Of a DNA stretch of 64,000 nt, positions 9,444 through 19,193 are shown one piece after another; position 1 is the first letter of the stretch; the number at the start of each line of letters is the position of its first letter. Made by a program: the position numbers and the translations under genes. This DNA is from Candidatus Obscuribacterales bacterium. GTDB taxonomy: Bacteria > Cyanobacteriota > Vampirovibrionia > Obscuribacterales > Obscuribacteraceae. The stretch covers positions 3,424,001 through 3,488,000 of the forward strand of contig CBDDIJ010000003.1 in NCBI GenBank assembly GCA_965228855.1, written 5' to 3'. The notes beneath the pieces are model-generated. The model was given only the letters and a program-made list of their open reading frames with translations. It did not search any database and was not told the origin of the DNA.

Positions 9444-12400
9444 CTACTCAACGATGACGTGATCGCTTCCGCTCCGTCCAAAAGTCTCGGTCATATACAT
9501 TTCCTCGACTTTTGTCGGGGGTACGATGTAGTCACCAGGAGTAGTGGCGCGAACCAGATACGTGTAGTCGTATTTGCCTGCGAAAAGCAGTGATTGAAAC
9601 GCTTCTGCCTGATGATCGCGTAAGTTCTGGTGTTCAAACCATGTCGACGGCCACCACCAGATAAACGACTCGAAAGTCGGAAGGATCTTACCGCGCGACC
9701 GCGGTCCGCCGGACGGTTTCGTGCTGGTCGCATTAGGCGGAACTTGCGTCCTACTTCCGGAAAGGTCCGGATTGAGGGGTTCCGTTCCAGCGGCAAGCGG
9801 GTCCATCATAGCCACATGATATCGTGCTCCCGGTGTGGAGAACTTTAGCTTCACGCGCACAGTTGAGCCACTCTTGAAGTGCCAGACCCCATCAGCATCT
9901 TTCTTAACTTCATCAGGGTCATCAACAGCCTCATATGTACGCTCGACCGAGAAGCCGTAATCGGCCGGTTTCAGAACAAGGTTCTTCGGAGCATAGTCCA
10001 AACCAATTCTGTAATAGAGGCGCCCCGGTCCCACTTTGTTTATTACAACCTCGCTGTCGTCGCGTTTAGCGAGGAAGCTCATCGGAAGTTCGAGAGTTTT
10101 TGTCTCAGTCGTTCTTCCGGCAAACTTCTGCAGTCCTACCAATGTGTCACCAAGCCATTCCTGGCTTTCGAAATTTGGCGTTTGATTTTCATATGTATTG
10201 AAGTATCTATCGAGCGCCTGCAGTATGTAACCGTTTTCTTGTGTTCCTTCCCACGTACCGTTTTTACGATGCGCCAGAAGTCCCTTCACCATCTTCGGTA
10301 TCAACTCGCTCTTGGGCTGATCTTCCATAAGCGCCTCGAGAACAATCGCATCGGTTCTTCTCGGAGAGTAGAAGATGCAATATCCCCAGCCACCATATCC
10401 ACCGTCGTTTGCGGATGCCGTCGAGGCTGTTTCCTTGATGCTCGCATCGAATAATTTGCGAATCATCGCAATCTCGTTAGCAGAGTCACTGTCATGTGAG
10501 ATGACCGGTAGCAACCAACCAGCTGTTTCCAGCGAGAGATCAGAGGAAATCTTTTCGCTCGACAGTTTCGCAAGCGGAACCGGTGGATCAAACGGAGGCT
10601 TATTATCCTTCGAGTTGGTCTGCGGTTTCAACGCTCGATGAATCAAGCGTCGTGCAGCAGAAGCGTCGCTGTCCTTCATACGGTAGCGAACGTTCAAAGC
10701 ACGTGCTTCGATGCTTATTTTCGTACGCTCGCTATACTCTTTCGGAATGTGTTGCGCGATGTTCTTCAAGTAGTTTCTGCTCTTGGTTAAAACTTCCGCG
10801 TCGACTTTGAAGTCTTTCTCGCTGGCAAGACTCAGAGCTTGAGCCACTTGAATCGAGACATAGGGCCAGCGAGTCTGCTCGCCCAACTTCCAGAGACCAA
10901 AACTACCGTCTGAATTTTGACGCTTAACAAGTTCGGCGATGTCCTTGTTAACGAAGTCTTTGAACTCAGTTAGCGCGGCGCCGTCTAGCTTACCGAATGA
11001 AACCAGCACGTCCTGCAACGAGAGCATCGCGATCATGCGAGACGAAAGTTGTTCTGAGCAGCCAAAGCTGTAGTGCTTTAAGTAGAAATATGCATCAGTG
11101 AGAGCCTGAACAGCGGTGCTGCTCGTCGAGATGGATAAACCACCGACTTGCTCATAGACATCTTTGGGTCTGTCGAGCTTTTGCAGTATCGCGCCTTTAT
11201 CGATTTGTCCGTAAGCGGCAAATGATTCCTTGGTGGCAGGCACCAATATTGGTATCGAGAAGTCTGCGGCATCAGTGGCTGAGCCGGAAACAGCCGCGAC
11301 CTGGAAGTTAGCCTTGCCCTCATCTATGGTGGCAACTGGGAAGCGTACTTCAACTCTATCGTTCGCGGGAACCTCAACGATCTTGCCAGCGAATTCCGTT
11401 GTCTTCGAGACGGAGGTCGGCTGGGACGTTTTGTCGGTCGTGGAGTTCGACGACGCGTCGGAACTTGAATTCGGGCCGGAAGACGAGTCCGAGCTGGATG
11501 TCGAATTTGACTCGGTATCGCCGGGCTCTTCTTCAACAGTGCTCTTCGGCGTCTTCTCATAGTCGCGCGTCGCGGACACGTTTGTTAGCTTTGCATTATC
11601 CGCGCGAATAACGACTTCGACTTTCAGAGGCTTGTCAGTCTGGTTCTGTAGCACTACCGGCAGTTCACATCTATCACCGAAGTGCAGGAAGCGAGGCGCC
11701 GATGGTTTCACCATGAGTGGCAGACGAGCGGTTACGTTAGACTCAGTAGAACCGAACGCGTCGTCACCGGAGACTGCGGCGGCCATGATTCTGTAGCGAG
11801 TCAGGCTGTCCGGCAGATGCAGTTTTGCTTGCGCCTTGCCGTTCTCATCAGTCGTGATGAAGGGGACGTAGAGAGCCAGGGCGTTGAAATTCGAGCGAAC
11901 ATTGATCGGTGTATTGTCATCCATCGGAGCGGACCCCGGAGCCATCGCAGCCTCGGCACGCATAGATTTGCCCATTGCAAGACCCGCGTCAGCGCTCTGC
12001 GCTTCCACCTGGAACAGGTTCGCTTCTCGGGATGCGGCGAGCCCGGCGTTAAATTTCCACCCGTTCCGAGCACTCGATTTCATCAGGACAGGCGCTGCTG
12101 CTGGCATGGCGCCGCCCACTTGCCTGCGCTCGTTCTCGTCCTGCATCTGTTCCTGAGCAGGTTTAATCACATACTGCCTGAAGTAAGCGTTCTCGACAGA
12201 GCTCTGAGCTTCAGGATAGAACACATCCATCGGGTCTGGCCAATTGTAGCCGGCTAGGGCGAGAATCGATTCATCAACGACGACCAGTGTGACTTGACCA
12301 TCCTTGACCGGCTTTCCTTCCGCGTTTTTCAGATCAATATCAATAGTGGTATCACCACCAGGTGAGATCTCGGTCTGAGCAGCATTGGCTTTTAGAGATA

Positions 12401-15400
12401 AGGTGCGCGCTCGTGGCGGCACTTTCAGTTCAATGTTTCCAGCCGCAAAAGCAGAGTTCTTGCCGGCTACGTACATCTCCACAGTGAGGTTTGGATAATA
12501 GTCTTTGATAATCGGTATCTTCACCGTTTTCGAAGACGAATCCATGTCTAGAGGAAGTGTGGATACGATCGAATCGCGACGCACAGTGACCAATCCGTGA
12601 GCGGGATAGAACGGCGAAGAAACCAGAATCTCGGCAGTATCACCTGGTTGATATTCTTTCTTATCTGGAATGACTATCAGGTTTTCCAGCTGCGCTTTTC
12701 TCGCTTCAGCGGGAGTGTCGCCCTCTATCCAGGTGGAAACTTTTGTAAGGTTGCGTCTGTTTTTGCCATCGAATACGGTGGCAACCACATAGTGCTGCCC
12801 TCCTTGTTTAGGCATCAGGTTTATCAGCTGAGGGTGATCGCTGGAGGAAATATTCTGGCGAGTGACCTCAACCTCCTTGCCATCTTTGTCAATGCGAACC
12901 AGTTTCAAAACAGCCTTACTGCCGGTTCTCACCTTGCCATCAAGGTCCGTCGCAATTACGCGCAGATCAACGGCTTCACCTTTGCGGTAAAACCATCTGC
13001 CCGGCTTGACGCCGATATAGGTGTCGGAAGGATGTACGAGAACGGACACTTTGTCGGACCAGCTCTGACGATTTACATCGACGACCGTCGCCTCGCAGCT
13101 AGCCGACATAGGGAGCGGTTCCTTAAAACTGTCGAATTTCAGCTCTACTGTGTTGACGCCGGCTCCATCGGTTTTACCATTGACGATTTTGGTTTCCTGC
13201 GGCGCCATGCCGCCCGGCGGGAAGATACCGCGGCCGATACCACCGCGATGATAATCCATCATGGGCCTTGCCCAAAACGGACTGCCGTGACCAAAAGAAA
13301 ACTCACTCCATCCTGGCGGTGCATACTGGGTCTGCGATGCCGCAATCGACCAATTGATAGGCGCATCAGTCAAGGCGCCCCCAGCATAATACTGAGTTTT
13401 CGCAGTCAACGAAGTGGTATCACCAAGAAGCATCGAAGTTCCAAGCGAGGATGAAACCTTCATCTCGAATTCCGGACGGCGAAACTCCTGTATCTTCAAC
13501 TCAACATAGGCGGTCTGCGTGCCTGAATTAAAGTAACTGCTCATTGTCGTTGGTTGTTCGGTAGGGGAGAATTTGAAGCTGCCCTCGGACTTCGCTGTGA
13601 TTTGCAAATTCGCGTTTCCAAGGTTTATCTTCTCCGGAATCTTGGTTTCAAAAGTAAACGCACCAGTGGCGTCAACCTTCGCATCTCCCTTCACAAGCTC
13701 GGTTCCATCATATCCATTTATCTGATAGGAAACAGAATCAACGTGAGACGGCACCAACTGCAGTGCATCATTTTGAGTGAAACGCAAACCTCTGGTCCAA
13801 CCACGAACAGTGACAGTTTCACCAGGTTTATACAACTGCCGATCGGTGACGGTATACCACTTAAGCTCAGGCGGACGCTGGTTGTATGACCAACCAGAAT
13901 GGTATTGCGATGCAGGCACGAAAGCGACATCGTCGCCTTTTTTCGCCATAAGCAAAATTGATTTTTCCCAGTTGTCCGAGATGGGCAACTTTGCTAAGCC
14001 GCTCGCATCGCTTACGGCGGTGTTTTTACTCTCGAGAACCGAGAGCTCTGCACCTGCTACTGGAGAGCCATCAGCCAGAGTCGTCACAAGACCAACCATG
14101 TTGCGTCCCTTGAACGCATCAACACCAAGCTTCGTTACCTGAACCCAGGAGTTGAACTGTTGGTTGTAGTTTTTGGGAGCTCCGACAGTTTCACCACGCA
14201 AGACAAACTGCCCAAGACCGTTCTTTAAATACGGACTGAGGTCGAAGTCGAATTGAACATCCTCATCTCCTACCTTAAACGTTTTGGAACCGACTTGGGT
14301 TCCAACTGAAAAATCTCGGTTGTAATGGTTACCGGAAAACGTCTTCCAATCTGAAGGTGAGACTTTGAAAACAGTGACCTTCACTTGGGGCACGGCTTGC
14401 GCATACATCGTCACCACCGGTTTTTGACCGAACGGGATGGTGTTCATCGCATCCATCTGACGCAGTTGCGTATTGAGCGCACCGGTTGTGAAACTACCGA
14501 CGACATCTCGGCCGAGAGTCTGACCGAAGGTGTCGACCATCTCTTTATCAAAGGTCACCGTGTATTTTGTGAACGGCTTCAATCTTCCGCGAAGCCAGAC
14601 TTGCGCACCGCCGACTTGCCACTCCGCATCTTTGACTTCAGGAGTAATCTTGATCATCTTCTCGTCGAATTTGCCCTTCGAATTATCGATTGGGTTCGAG
14701 AAAAGAAATGCTCGATATGCCCAGCGCTCAGCCGACACACCTGGCTCCGGAGATCGGACCAGTTTGAACGCACCATGAATTGAGACCGTGAAATCCTGCG
14801 ACTTCGCCGTTTTCAATGGTCCTTCCGCAGACGGAATTCCAGCTGGGAATGAAACCTTGACGGACGTTCCCAGAGGAAGCGGATTGGCAGCCTGGAAGGC
14901 TAGCCACTGATTCTTCGGCAGATTGCTCACGAGAGACTTGCGAGTCGGATCCTTCTCGACTGTCTCATCATCGACTTTTCGCACATCAAAAGTCTGATTG
15001 CCGGCCGACACCTTTATCATTTTGAAAACAGCATCGCGATCAATGTCTTGATCGAAGATTGCCACCATTATTGGTGACTGTATTTGAGGTCCGCCCTGCG
15101 GGTAGAAATTTTTCACGGTGACAGTCGGCGTCGTCATCGTCCACGACATCGGTTTCTCAGCTTTGGAACCGGTGGTGGATTGCGTTCCGGCAGGAACGGT
15201 AATTGTGTACTCGGTAGACTTTGGAAAACGCCCACGCTCAGGTTCAAACAGAACAGTTTGAGTTCCGGCCCACTTATATTTACCGGCAGGCTGCGGTTTC
15301 ATCTGCACGGCGGGAATCGTGTCAAAAGCGCCAACCTCTGAGATCGGCACCATCGGCTGCGAAAAGGTCATCGCATATTGAGTCACTTCGTCGACCACAC

Positions 15401-15857
15401 CGCTATGGCTGACGCGCATGACAGAAAGCGGCGTTTTCGATTCATCGACCACCGGCTTCTCACGCGGCGTCGTATCTTTCGGAGGGAACGTTTCAAGAGT
15501 TTGAATACCGGGGATCTTCGGCTTGACCAGCGAATCCTCAGGAATTACAAAAGCCTTCTTATCAACTTTTTGCAGGGGCGATAAACGGTTTAAAAGATCC
15601 AAAACGCGCTTTGCCGGCAGATCCTCCGCTGGTGCGGACGGAACGCTCTCACCCTTTTCGATAGGTGTCTGACTTTCCTTTACGGAAAACGATAATTCGG
15701 TCTTGGGCTCATCGGCATCCGCAGATTTTTCCCCAGTGTCGGCTGCCAGCGCTTGCATATGCTGCATTGGAATCACGTTAAACAGCATCAAGGTGATCGC
15801 AAGGTAAGAGCAGATGAAGTTGGAAAGTTTTTTGTCCCTGTACATGCGTCGACGCAT
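9444..15857 (-). CDS. Bacterial alpha-2-macroglobulin (MG2/A2M domains, Ig-like N-terminus)
   Basis: TDRQLYKPGETV, PDKKEYQPGD, VVDESILAL, LPDSLTRYRIMA, thioester-type GCSEQ and C-terminal VEEMYMTETFGRS. ATG at 15857 follows a GGAGG RBS. Confidence 0.9.
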   Translation of the reverse strand: MRRRMYRDKKLSNFICSYLAITLMLFNVIPMQHMQALAADTGEKSADADEPKTELSFSVKESQTPIEKGESVPSAPAEDLPAKRVLDLLNRLSPLQKVDKKAFVIPEDSLVKPKIPGIQTLETFPPKDTTPREKPVVDESKTPLSVMRVSHSGVVDEVTQYAMTFSQPMVPISEVGAFDTIPAVQMKPQPAGKYKWAGTQTVLFEPERGRFPKSTEYTITVPAGTQSTTGSKAEKPMSWTMTTPTVTVKNFYPQGGPQIQSPIMVAIFDQDIDRDAVFKMIKVSAGNQTFDVRKVDDETVEKDPTRKSLVSNLPKNQWLAFQAANPLPLGTSVKVSFPAGIPSAEGPLKTAKSQDFTVSIHGAFKLVRSPEPGVSAERWAYRAFLFSNPIDNSKGKFDEKMIKITPEVKDAEWQVGGAQVWLRGRLKPFTKYTVTFDKEMVDTFGQTLGRDVVGSFTTGALNTQLRQMDAMNTIPFGQKPVVTMYAQAVPQVKVTVFKVSPSDWKTFSGNHYNRDFSVGTQVGSKTFKVGDEDVQFDFDLSPYLKNGLGQFVLRGETVGAPKNYNQQFNSWVQVTKLGVDAFKGRNMVGLVTTLADGSPVAGAELSVLESKNTAVSDASGLAKLPISDNWEKSILLMAKKGDDVAFVPASQYHSGWSYNQRPPELKWYTVTDRQLYKPGETVTVRGWTRGLRFTQNDALQLVPSHVDSVSYQINGYDGTELVKGDAKVDATGAFTFETKIPEKINLGNANLQITAKSEGSFKFSPTEQPTTMSSYFNSGTQTAYVELKIQEFRRPEFEMKVSSSLGTSMLLGDTTSLTAKTQYYAGGALTDAPINWSIAASQTQYAPPGWSEFSFGHGSPFWARPMMDYHRGGIGRGIFPPGGMAPQETKIVNGKTDGAGVNTVELKFDSFKEPLPMSASCEATVVDVNRQSWSDKVSVLVHPSDTYIGVKPGRWFYRKGEAVDLRVIATDLDGKVRTGSKAVLKLVRIDKDGKEVEVTRQNISSSDHPQLINLMPKQGGQHYVVATVFDGKNRRNLTKVSTWIEGDTPAEARKAQLENLIVIPDKKEYQPGDTAEILVSSPFYPAHGLVTVRRDSIVSTLPLDMDSSSKTVKIPIIKDYYPNLTVEMYVAGKNSAFAAGNIELKVPPRARTLSLKANAAQTEISPGGDTTIDIDLKNAEGKPVKDGQVTLVVVDESILALAGYNWPDPMDVFYPEAQSSVENAYFRQYVIKPAQEQMQDENERRQVGGAMPAAAPVLMKSSARNGWKFNAGLAASREANLFQVEAQSADAGLAMGKSMRAEAAMAPGSAPMDDNTPINVRSNFNALALYVPFITTDENGKAQAKLHLPDSLTRYRIMAAAVSGDDAFGSTESNVTARLPLMVKPSAPRFLHFGDRCELPVVLQNQTDKPLKVEVVIRADNAKLTNVSATRDYEKTPKSTVEEEPGDTESNSTSSSDSSSGPNSSSDASSNSTTDKTSQPTSVSKTTEFAGKIVEVPANDRVEVRFPVATIDEGKANFQVAAVSGSATDAADFSIPILVPATKESFAAYGQIDKGAILQKLDRPKDVYEQVGGLSISTSSTAVQALTDAYFYLKHYSFGCSEQLSSRMIAMLSLQDVLVSFGKLDGAALTEFKDFVNKDIAELVKRQNSDGSFGLWKLGEQTRWPYVSIQVAQALSLASEKDFKVDAEVLTKSRNYLKNIAQHIPKEYSERTKISIEARALNVRYRMKDSDASAARRLIHRALKPQTNSKDNKPPFDPPVPLAKLSSEKISSDLSLETAGWLLPVISHDSDSANEIAMIRKLFDASIKETASTASANDGGYGGWGYCIFYSPRRTDAIVLEALMEDQPKSELIPKMVKGLLAHRKNGTWEGTQENGYILQALDRYFNTYENQTPNFESQEWLGDTLVGLQKFAGRTTETKTLELPMSFLAKRDDSEVVINKVGPGRLYYRIGLDYAPKNLVLKPADYGFSVERTYEAVDDPDEVKKDADGVWHFKSGSTVRVKLKFSTPGARYHVAMMDPLAAGTEPLNPDLSGSRTQVPPNATSTKPSGGPRSRGKILPTFESFIWWWPSTWFEHQNLRDHQAEAFQSLLFAGKYDYTYLVRATTPGDYIVPPTKVEEMYMTETFGRSGSDHVIVE

Positions 15858-16129
15858 GGCGCCTCCCCCGATAAGTTCCTTCAACGGTGCATTGTAAACC
15901 CCTTGACCAGTGAAACTGCCCATTGTTTCCCGCAACAAGCAATTCCAGGAAAAACCCCAGGTGTCTGCACAGGTAAGGGATAGAGCCATTGAGCGCTTGA
16001 CAATAACCCAAAAGCAGTCCGAGATCCGAGAAATTCCCGAAGCGCGAAGCGGCTAAGTGAAAGTTCCCTAGACCTCAGTTTTACTTGTCCTGAACACTCT
16101 CACATGGTACCGTTTTGGTCCCGGAATGA

Positions 16130-17293
16130 GTGCTTACTGCCATGGACCGCAAAGCGGACACCGTAGAGGAAAAAGAAGTCCCCGTCGACGCGAATATTTT
16201 CCCTTTGGACCGATACAAACCTCTAAAGGAAATCGGTACTGGAGCAGAAGGCTTGGTATTTCTTTGCCGCGACAGGCTACTCAAGAAGAAAGTCGCGATA
16301 AAGTGTTTGAAAACCCTGACGCCGGAACATTTTGTCAGCCTCCAGCGCGAAGCTAAAGCAACCGGTCATCTTCAACATCCCAACATTGTAACTGTTCTAG
16401 ACTTTGGTGCGGTGAATGGTCTAGCACCATATATGGTTCTAGACTATGTGCGCGGAACAACCATAGAGCAGATTATCAAAGAGACCGGTCCCTTGAATAC
16501 GGATGCAGCTGTAGCTGTGATAAAGCAGACAGCAAGCGGATTAGCACATGCTCATCACAAAGGAATTTTTCATAGAGATATTAAGAGTTCCAACATTCTC
16601 GTGGTCGACCGCTCTCAAGACGACACTGGTAGCCAGAATCTTAAAGTCAAAATTGTTGATTTCGGTTTAGCGACTGCTAAACACTTGAATCAGGAACCGA
16701 CCATTCTGCATGGACGAACAATCGTCGGTACCCCCAACTACATGCCGCCGGACCAGGCGCTCGGCTACACATACGACGAGCGCAGTGAGATGTATTCCCT
16801 TGGATGCGTTTTCTTCGAAGCACTCACCGGAGTGCCACCATTTCAAGGCGATAATGCTTTGGCAACGATAAACATGCACGCCAATTTGCCAACGCCTTCA
16901 TTGAGAGATCGCAACAGTAGCCGACGATATTCAGCCGCTCTCGAAGCAATTGTGGCTAAGTGCTTGAACAAGGAGCGCGATCAAAGGTTTCAAACAATGG
17001 AAGAGCTGCTTGAAGCGCTTAACGGTTTGAATACACGAACAGTGATGACCCAGGAAATAATCAAACCAGTGCTTGTCACCACAGGCGGTTTCATGCTACC
17101 TAGCAATTCGAATATCAAAGACCCAGGTCTTGGACCGGAGGGCAAGAGGCCGCGAGAGAGTTATGCTCAAACATTCCTCGGAATCTTTATCGCTCTCTTT
17201 ATAGTTGCACTCGCGACCTTCGCAATCAACCAGATGATGAAACCCTCGGAAATCGGCAAACGCACAAAGCTCGAATCGATTTCGACCTTCTAA
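16130..17293 (+). CDS. Hanks-type Ser/Thr protein kinase with C-terminal TM helix
   Basis: IGTGAEG, VAIK, HRDIKSSN, DFG, GTPNYMPPDQ. Hydrophobic segment near the C-terminus. Confidence 0.9.
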   Translation: MLTAMDRKADTVEEKEVPVDANIFPLDRYKPLKEIGTGAEGLVFLCRDRLLKKKVAIKCLKTLTPEHFVSLQREAKATGHLQHPNIVTVLDFGAVNGLAPYMVLDYVRGTTIEQIIKETGPLNTDAAVAVIKQTASGLAHAHHKGIFHRDIKSSNILVVDRSQDDTGSQNLKVKIVDFGLATAKHLNQEPTILHGRTIVGTPNYMPPDQALGYTYDERSEMYSLGCVFFEALTGVPPFQGDNALATINMHANLPTPSLRDRNSSRRYSAALEAIVAKCLNKERDQRFQTMEELLEALNGLNTRTVMTQEIIKPVLVTTGGFMLPSNSNIKDPGLGPEGKRPRESYAQTFLGIFIALFIVALATFAINQMMKPSEIGKRTKLESISTF

Positions 17294-17340
17294 CTAACTT
17301 CAGGCGTAACCGGCGTGAAATCCGGGTTTCAGCCTTGAAA

Positions 17341-17811
17341 TCACTGACGGCAAATTATTTGGGAAGAAACCGCTCGAGCCTGAAGTCCCTTTTGCAACAC
17401 CGACACACTTTTCTCCGGGTCACAACTTGTCCCACACGTAAAGCAGTCCCAAAAGACCTTCTGCACTTCAGGATACGTATGGAGACTCGCATGGCTCTCA
17501 GCGAGAACGACGACCACTGTCACTCCCTGTGGTTCAAACTTTTGAGCACAAACATTTAGTACCGTCGCACCGGTAGCTTCAGCAGCCGAGCCGGCCAGTT
17601 CTCGGAGCGCGTCCATATCATTTAATAGATTGGGACTGCAATCGTTCAAGGTCAGCAAGAGATGTCGTCCACTCGCTTCATGCGGACCAGGCTGTTCAGT
17701 CTGAGCTTCTGATTGTGATTGCGCCGTCGTATTGATCACCAACACACCGATTTCGAAATGAGACCTGCGAAAACCAAGCTGGAAGCAGTATACCGCGGCA
17801 TTTACACCCAC
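17341..17811 (-). CDS. speD: S-adenosylmethionine decarboxylase proenzyme
   Basis: GRHLLLTLNDC and FEPQGVTVVVVLAESHASLHTYPE (self-cleavage ES-H motif), DCFTCG. Start position uncertain. Confidence 0.88.
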   Translation of the reverse strand: MGVNAAVYCFQLGFRRSHFEIGVLVINTTAQSQSEAQTEQPGPHEASGRHLLLTLNDCSPNLLNDMDALRELAGSAAEATGATVLNVCAQKFEPQGVTVVVVLAESHASLHTYPEVQKVFWDCFTCGTSCDPEKSVSVLQKGLQARAVSSQIICRQ

Positions 17812-18186
17812 TCAGGGAGCCAGCGTGAAAAAAATAACATTATCAGTAGCAAGCTCGGAGAAGAAACTCATATCCGTCACAATTTAATCTTTCAGACTCC
17901 CGAATCGCCGGTCGGCGAAAGGATTGGGCGGCTGCGGCGCAGGTCCTTCAACAGGATTGCAAAGCCGAAATGCAAAACAGAGGTGGAAATTCCAGAAATG
18001 CCAAAGGTCTGCGAACTGAAAAGAGTTTGAAAGAGTTGCCTTGATAAGTTGGAAGTAGCTGGAGCGGCGGAAGTGAAGCCTTAGAGGTGAGGCACAGCTT
18101 TTTCGAACACGAGACGCCTTCTATTCATACGTGAACGATTTCGCTGCCTTCAGCACCAATTTAATTTAGAGAGTGGAGGTTGACCT

Positions 18187-18393
18187 ATGTACGCAAAATC
18201 TAAGGAACTGAAAAGAAGGATTCCGGTCCGTTATCAGTGCCAGGACTGTGAGGCATTCTTCACAGCTAAGGCGAGCGCTCAGCATTGCCCATCTTGCTCT
18301 TCGCGGGAGCGGGGCAATCTCATCATTCTGCATATGGAAAATGACATCGAGACCACTGAATGGCTCGAACTCATAGATTTTTCCGCAGGCTGA
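18187..18393 (+). CDS. Small zinc-ribbon protein
   Basis: YQCQDC...HCPSC motif. Strong GGAGG RBS. Confidence 0.65.
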   Translation: MYAKSKELKRRIPVRYQCQDCEAFFTAKASAQHCPSCSSRERGNLIILHMENDIETTEWLELIDFSAG

Positions 18394-18533
18394 TAGCCTG
18401 AGACAGCTCGCTACATGTCAGGGCGCATTGTTTGAATTCACACCATGCGATTCCCCAGGCGATGCCCCTGACAGTAGCCCTCTTGTGCACTTAAGGTTTA
18501 AACTTGAAATGAACCTTACGGCACGATAGTACG

Positions 18534-19193
18534 ATGAAGATATTGCTTATCGAAGATGACGACCTGGTGGCGGACTCGCTTGCTCGTGCATTGCGGGGTA
18601 GTGGCTATGTCGTCGATTGCGTTGGCAATGGAACGCATGCAGAGACTGCGGTCAAAACCGAGCCATATGACGCAGTTATCCTCGATCTCGGACTGCCCGA
18701 GATGGACGGGCTTGAGTTTTTGAAACGAATTCGCGCAAAAAAAATCGGAGTTCCGGTTCTCATTCTCACGGCAAGAGATAGCTACGAAGAGCGAATCGAA
18801 GGGCTCGATTGCGGCGCAAACGATTATGTGACAAAACCTTTTCACCTTGGAGAACTGGAGGCCCGCGTCCGGGCGTTGCTCCGGCTGAGCGTTTCCAACG
18901 CCACCAGCGTCAGTGTGGGTGAGCTGACCTTCGATACTGTTCGCAGAGTACTGCGAAAAGGCGATGAGCTCATCGAGCTGTCCCCCCGCGAATATGCGGT
19001 TCTCGAGATTTTAATTCATAACATCGGTTCGCTCGTCACGAAACAAAAAATGGCCTCTCTGCTAAGCGACTGGGATGCAAGTGTGACATTCAACGCAATC
19101 GATATCATCGTACACCGATTGCGGAAGAAGCTCGAACCGTATGGTTTGAAACTGCAAACAATTCGGGGGCTAGGTTTCCTTGTCGAGCCGTAA
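18534..19193 (+). CDS. OmpR-family response regulator (TctD/QseB-like)
   Basis: MKILLIEDD, LDLGLP phospho-acceptor, DYVTKPF, winged-helix IRGLGF. Confidence 0.92.
   Translation: MKILLIEDDDLVADSLARALRGSGYVVDCVGNGTHAETAVKTEPYDAVILDLGLPEMDGLEFLKRIRAKKIGVPVLILTARDSYEERIEGLDCGANDYVTKPFHLGELEARVRALLRLSVSNATSVSVGELTFDTVRRVLRKGDELIELSPREYAVLEILIHNIGSLVTKQKMASLLSDWDASVTFNAIDIIVHRLRKKLEPYGLKLQTIRGLGFLVEP

Noticed and set aside
17812..18186. SAM riboswitch upstream of speD
   Set aside because: Only CTTATCAAG on the minus strand resembles SAM-I; the kink-turn, GCAAC-stem context and closing AGAT elements could not be assembled.
18416..18473. Inverted repeat TGTCAGGG...CCCTGACA before the response regulator
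   Set aside because: 8-bp arms with a long loop, single copy and no U-tract; not enough to call a terminator or MITE.
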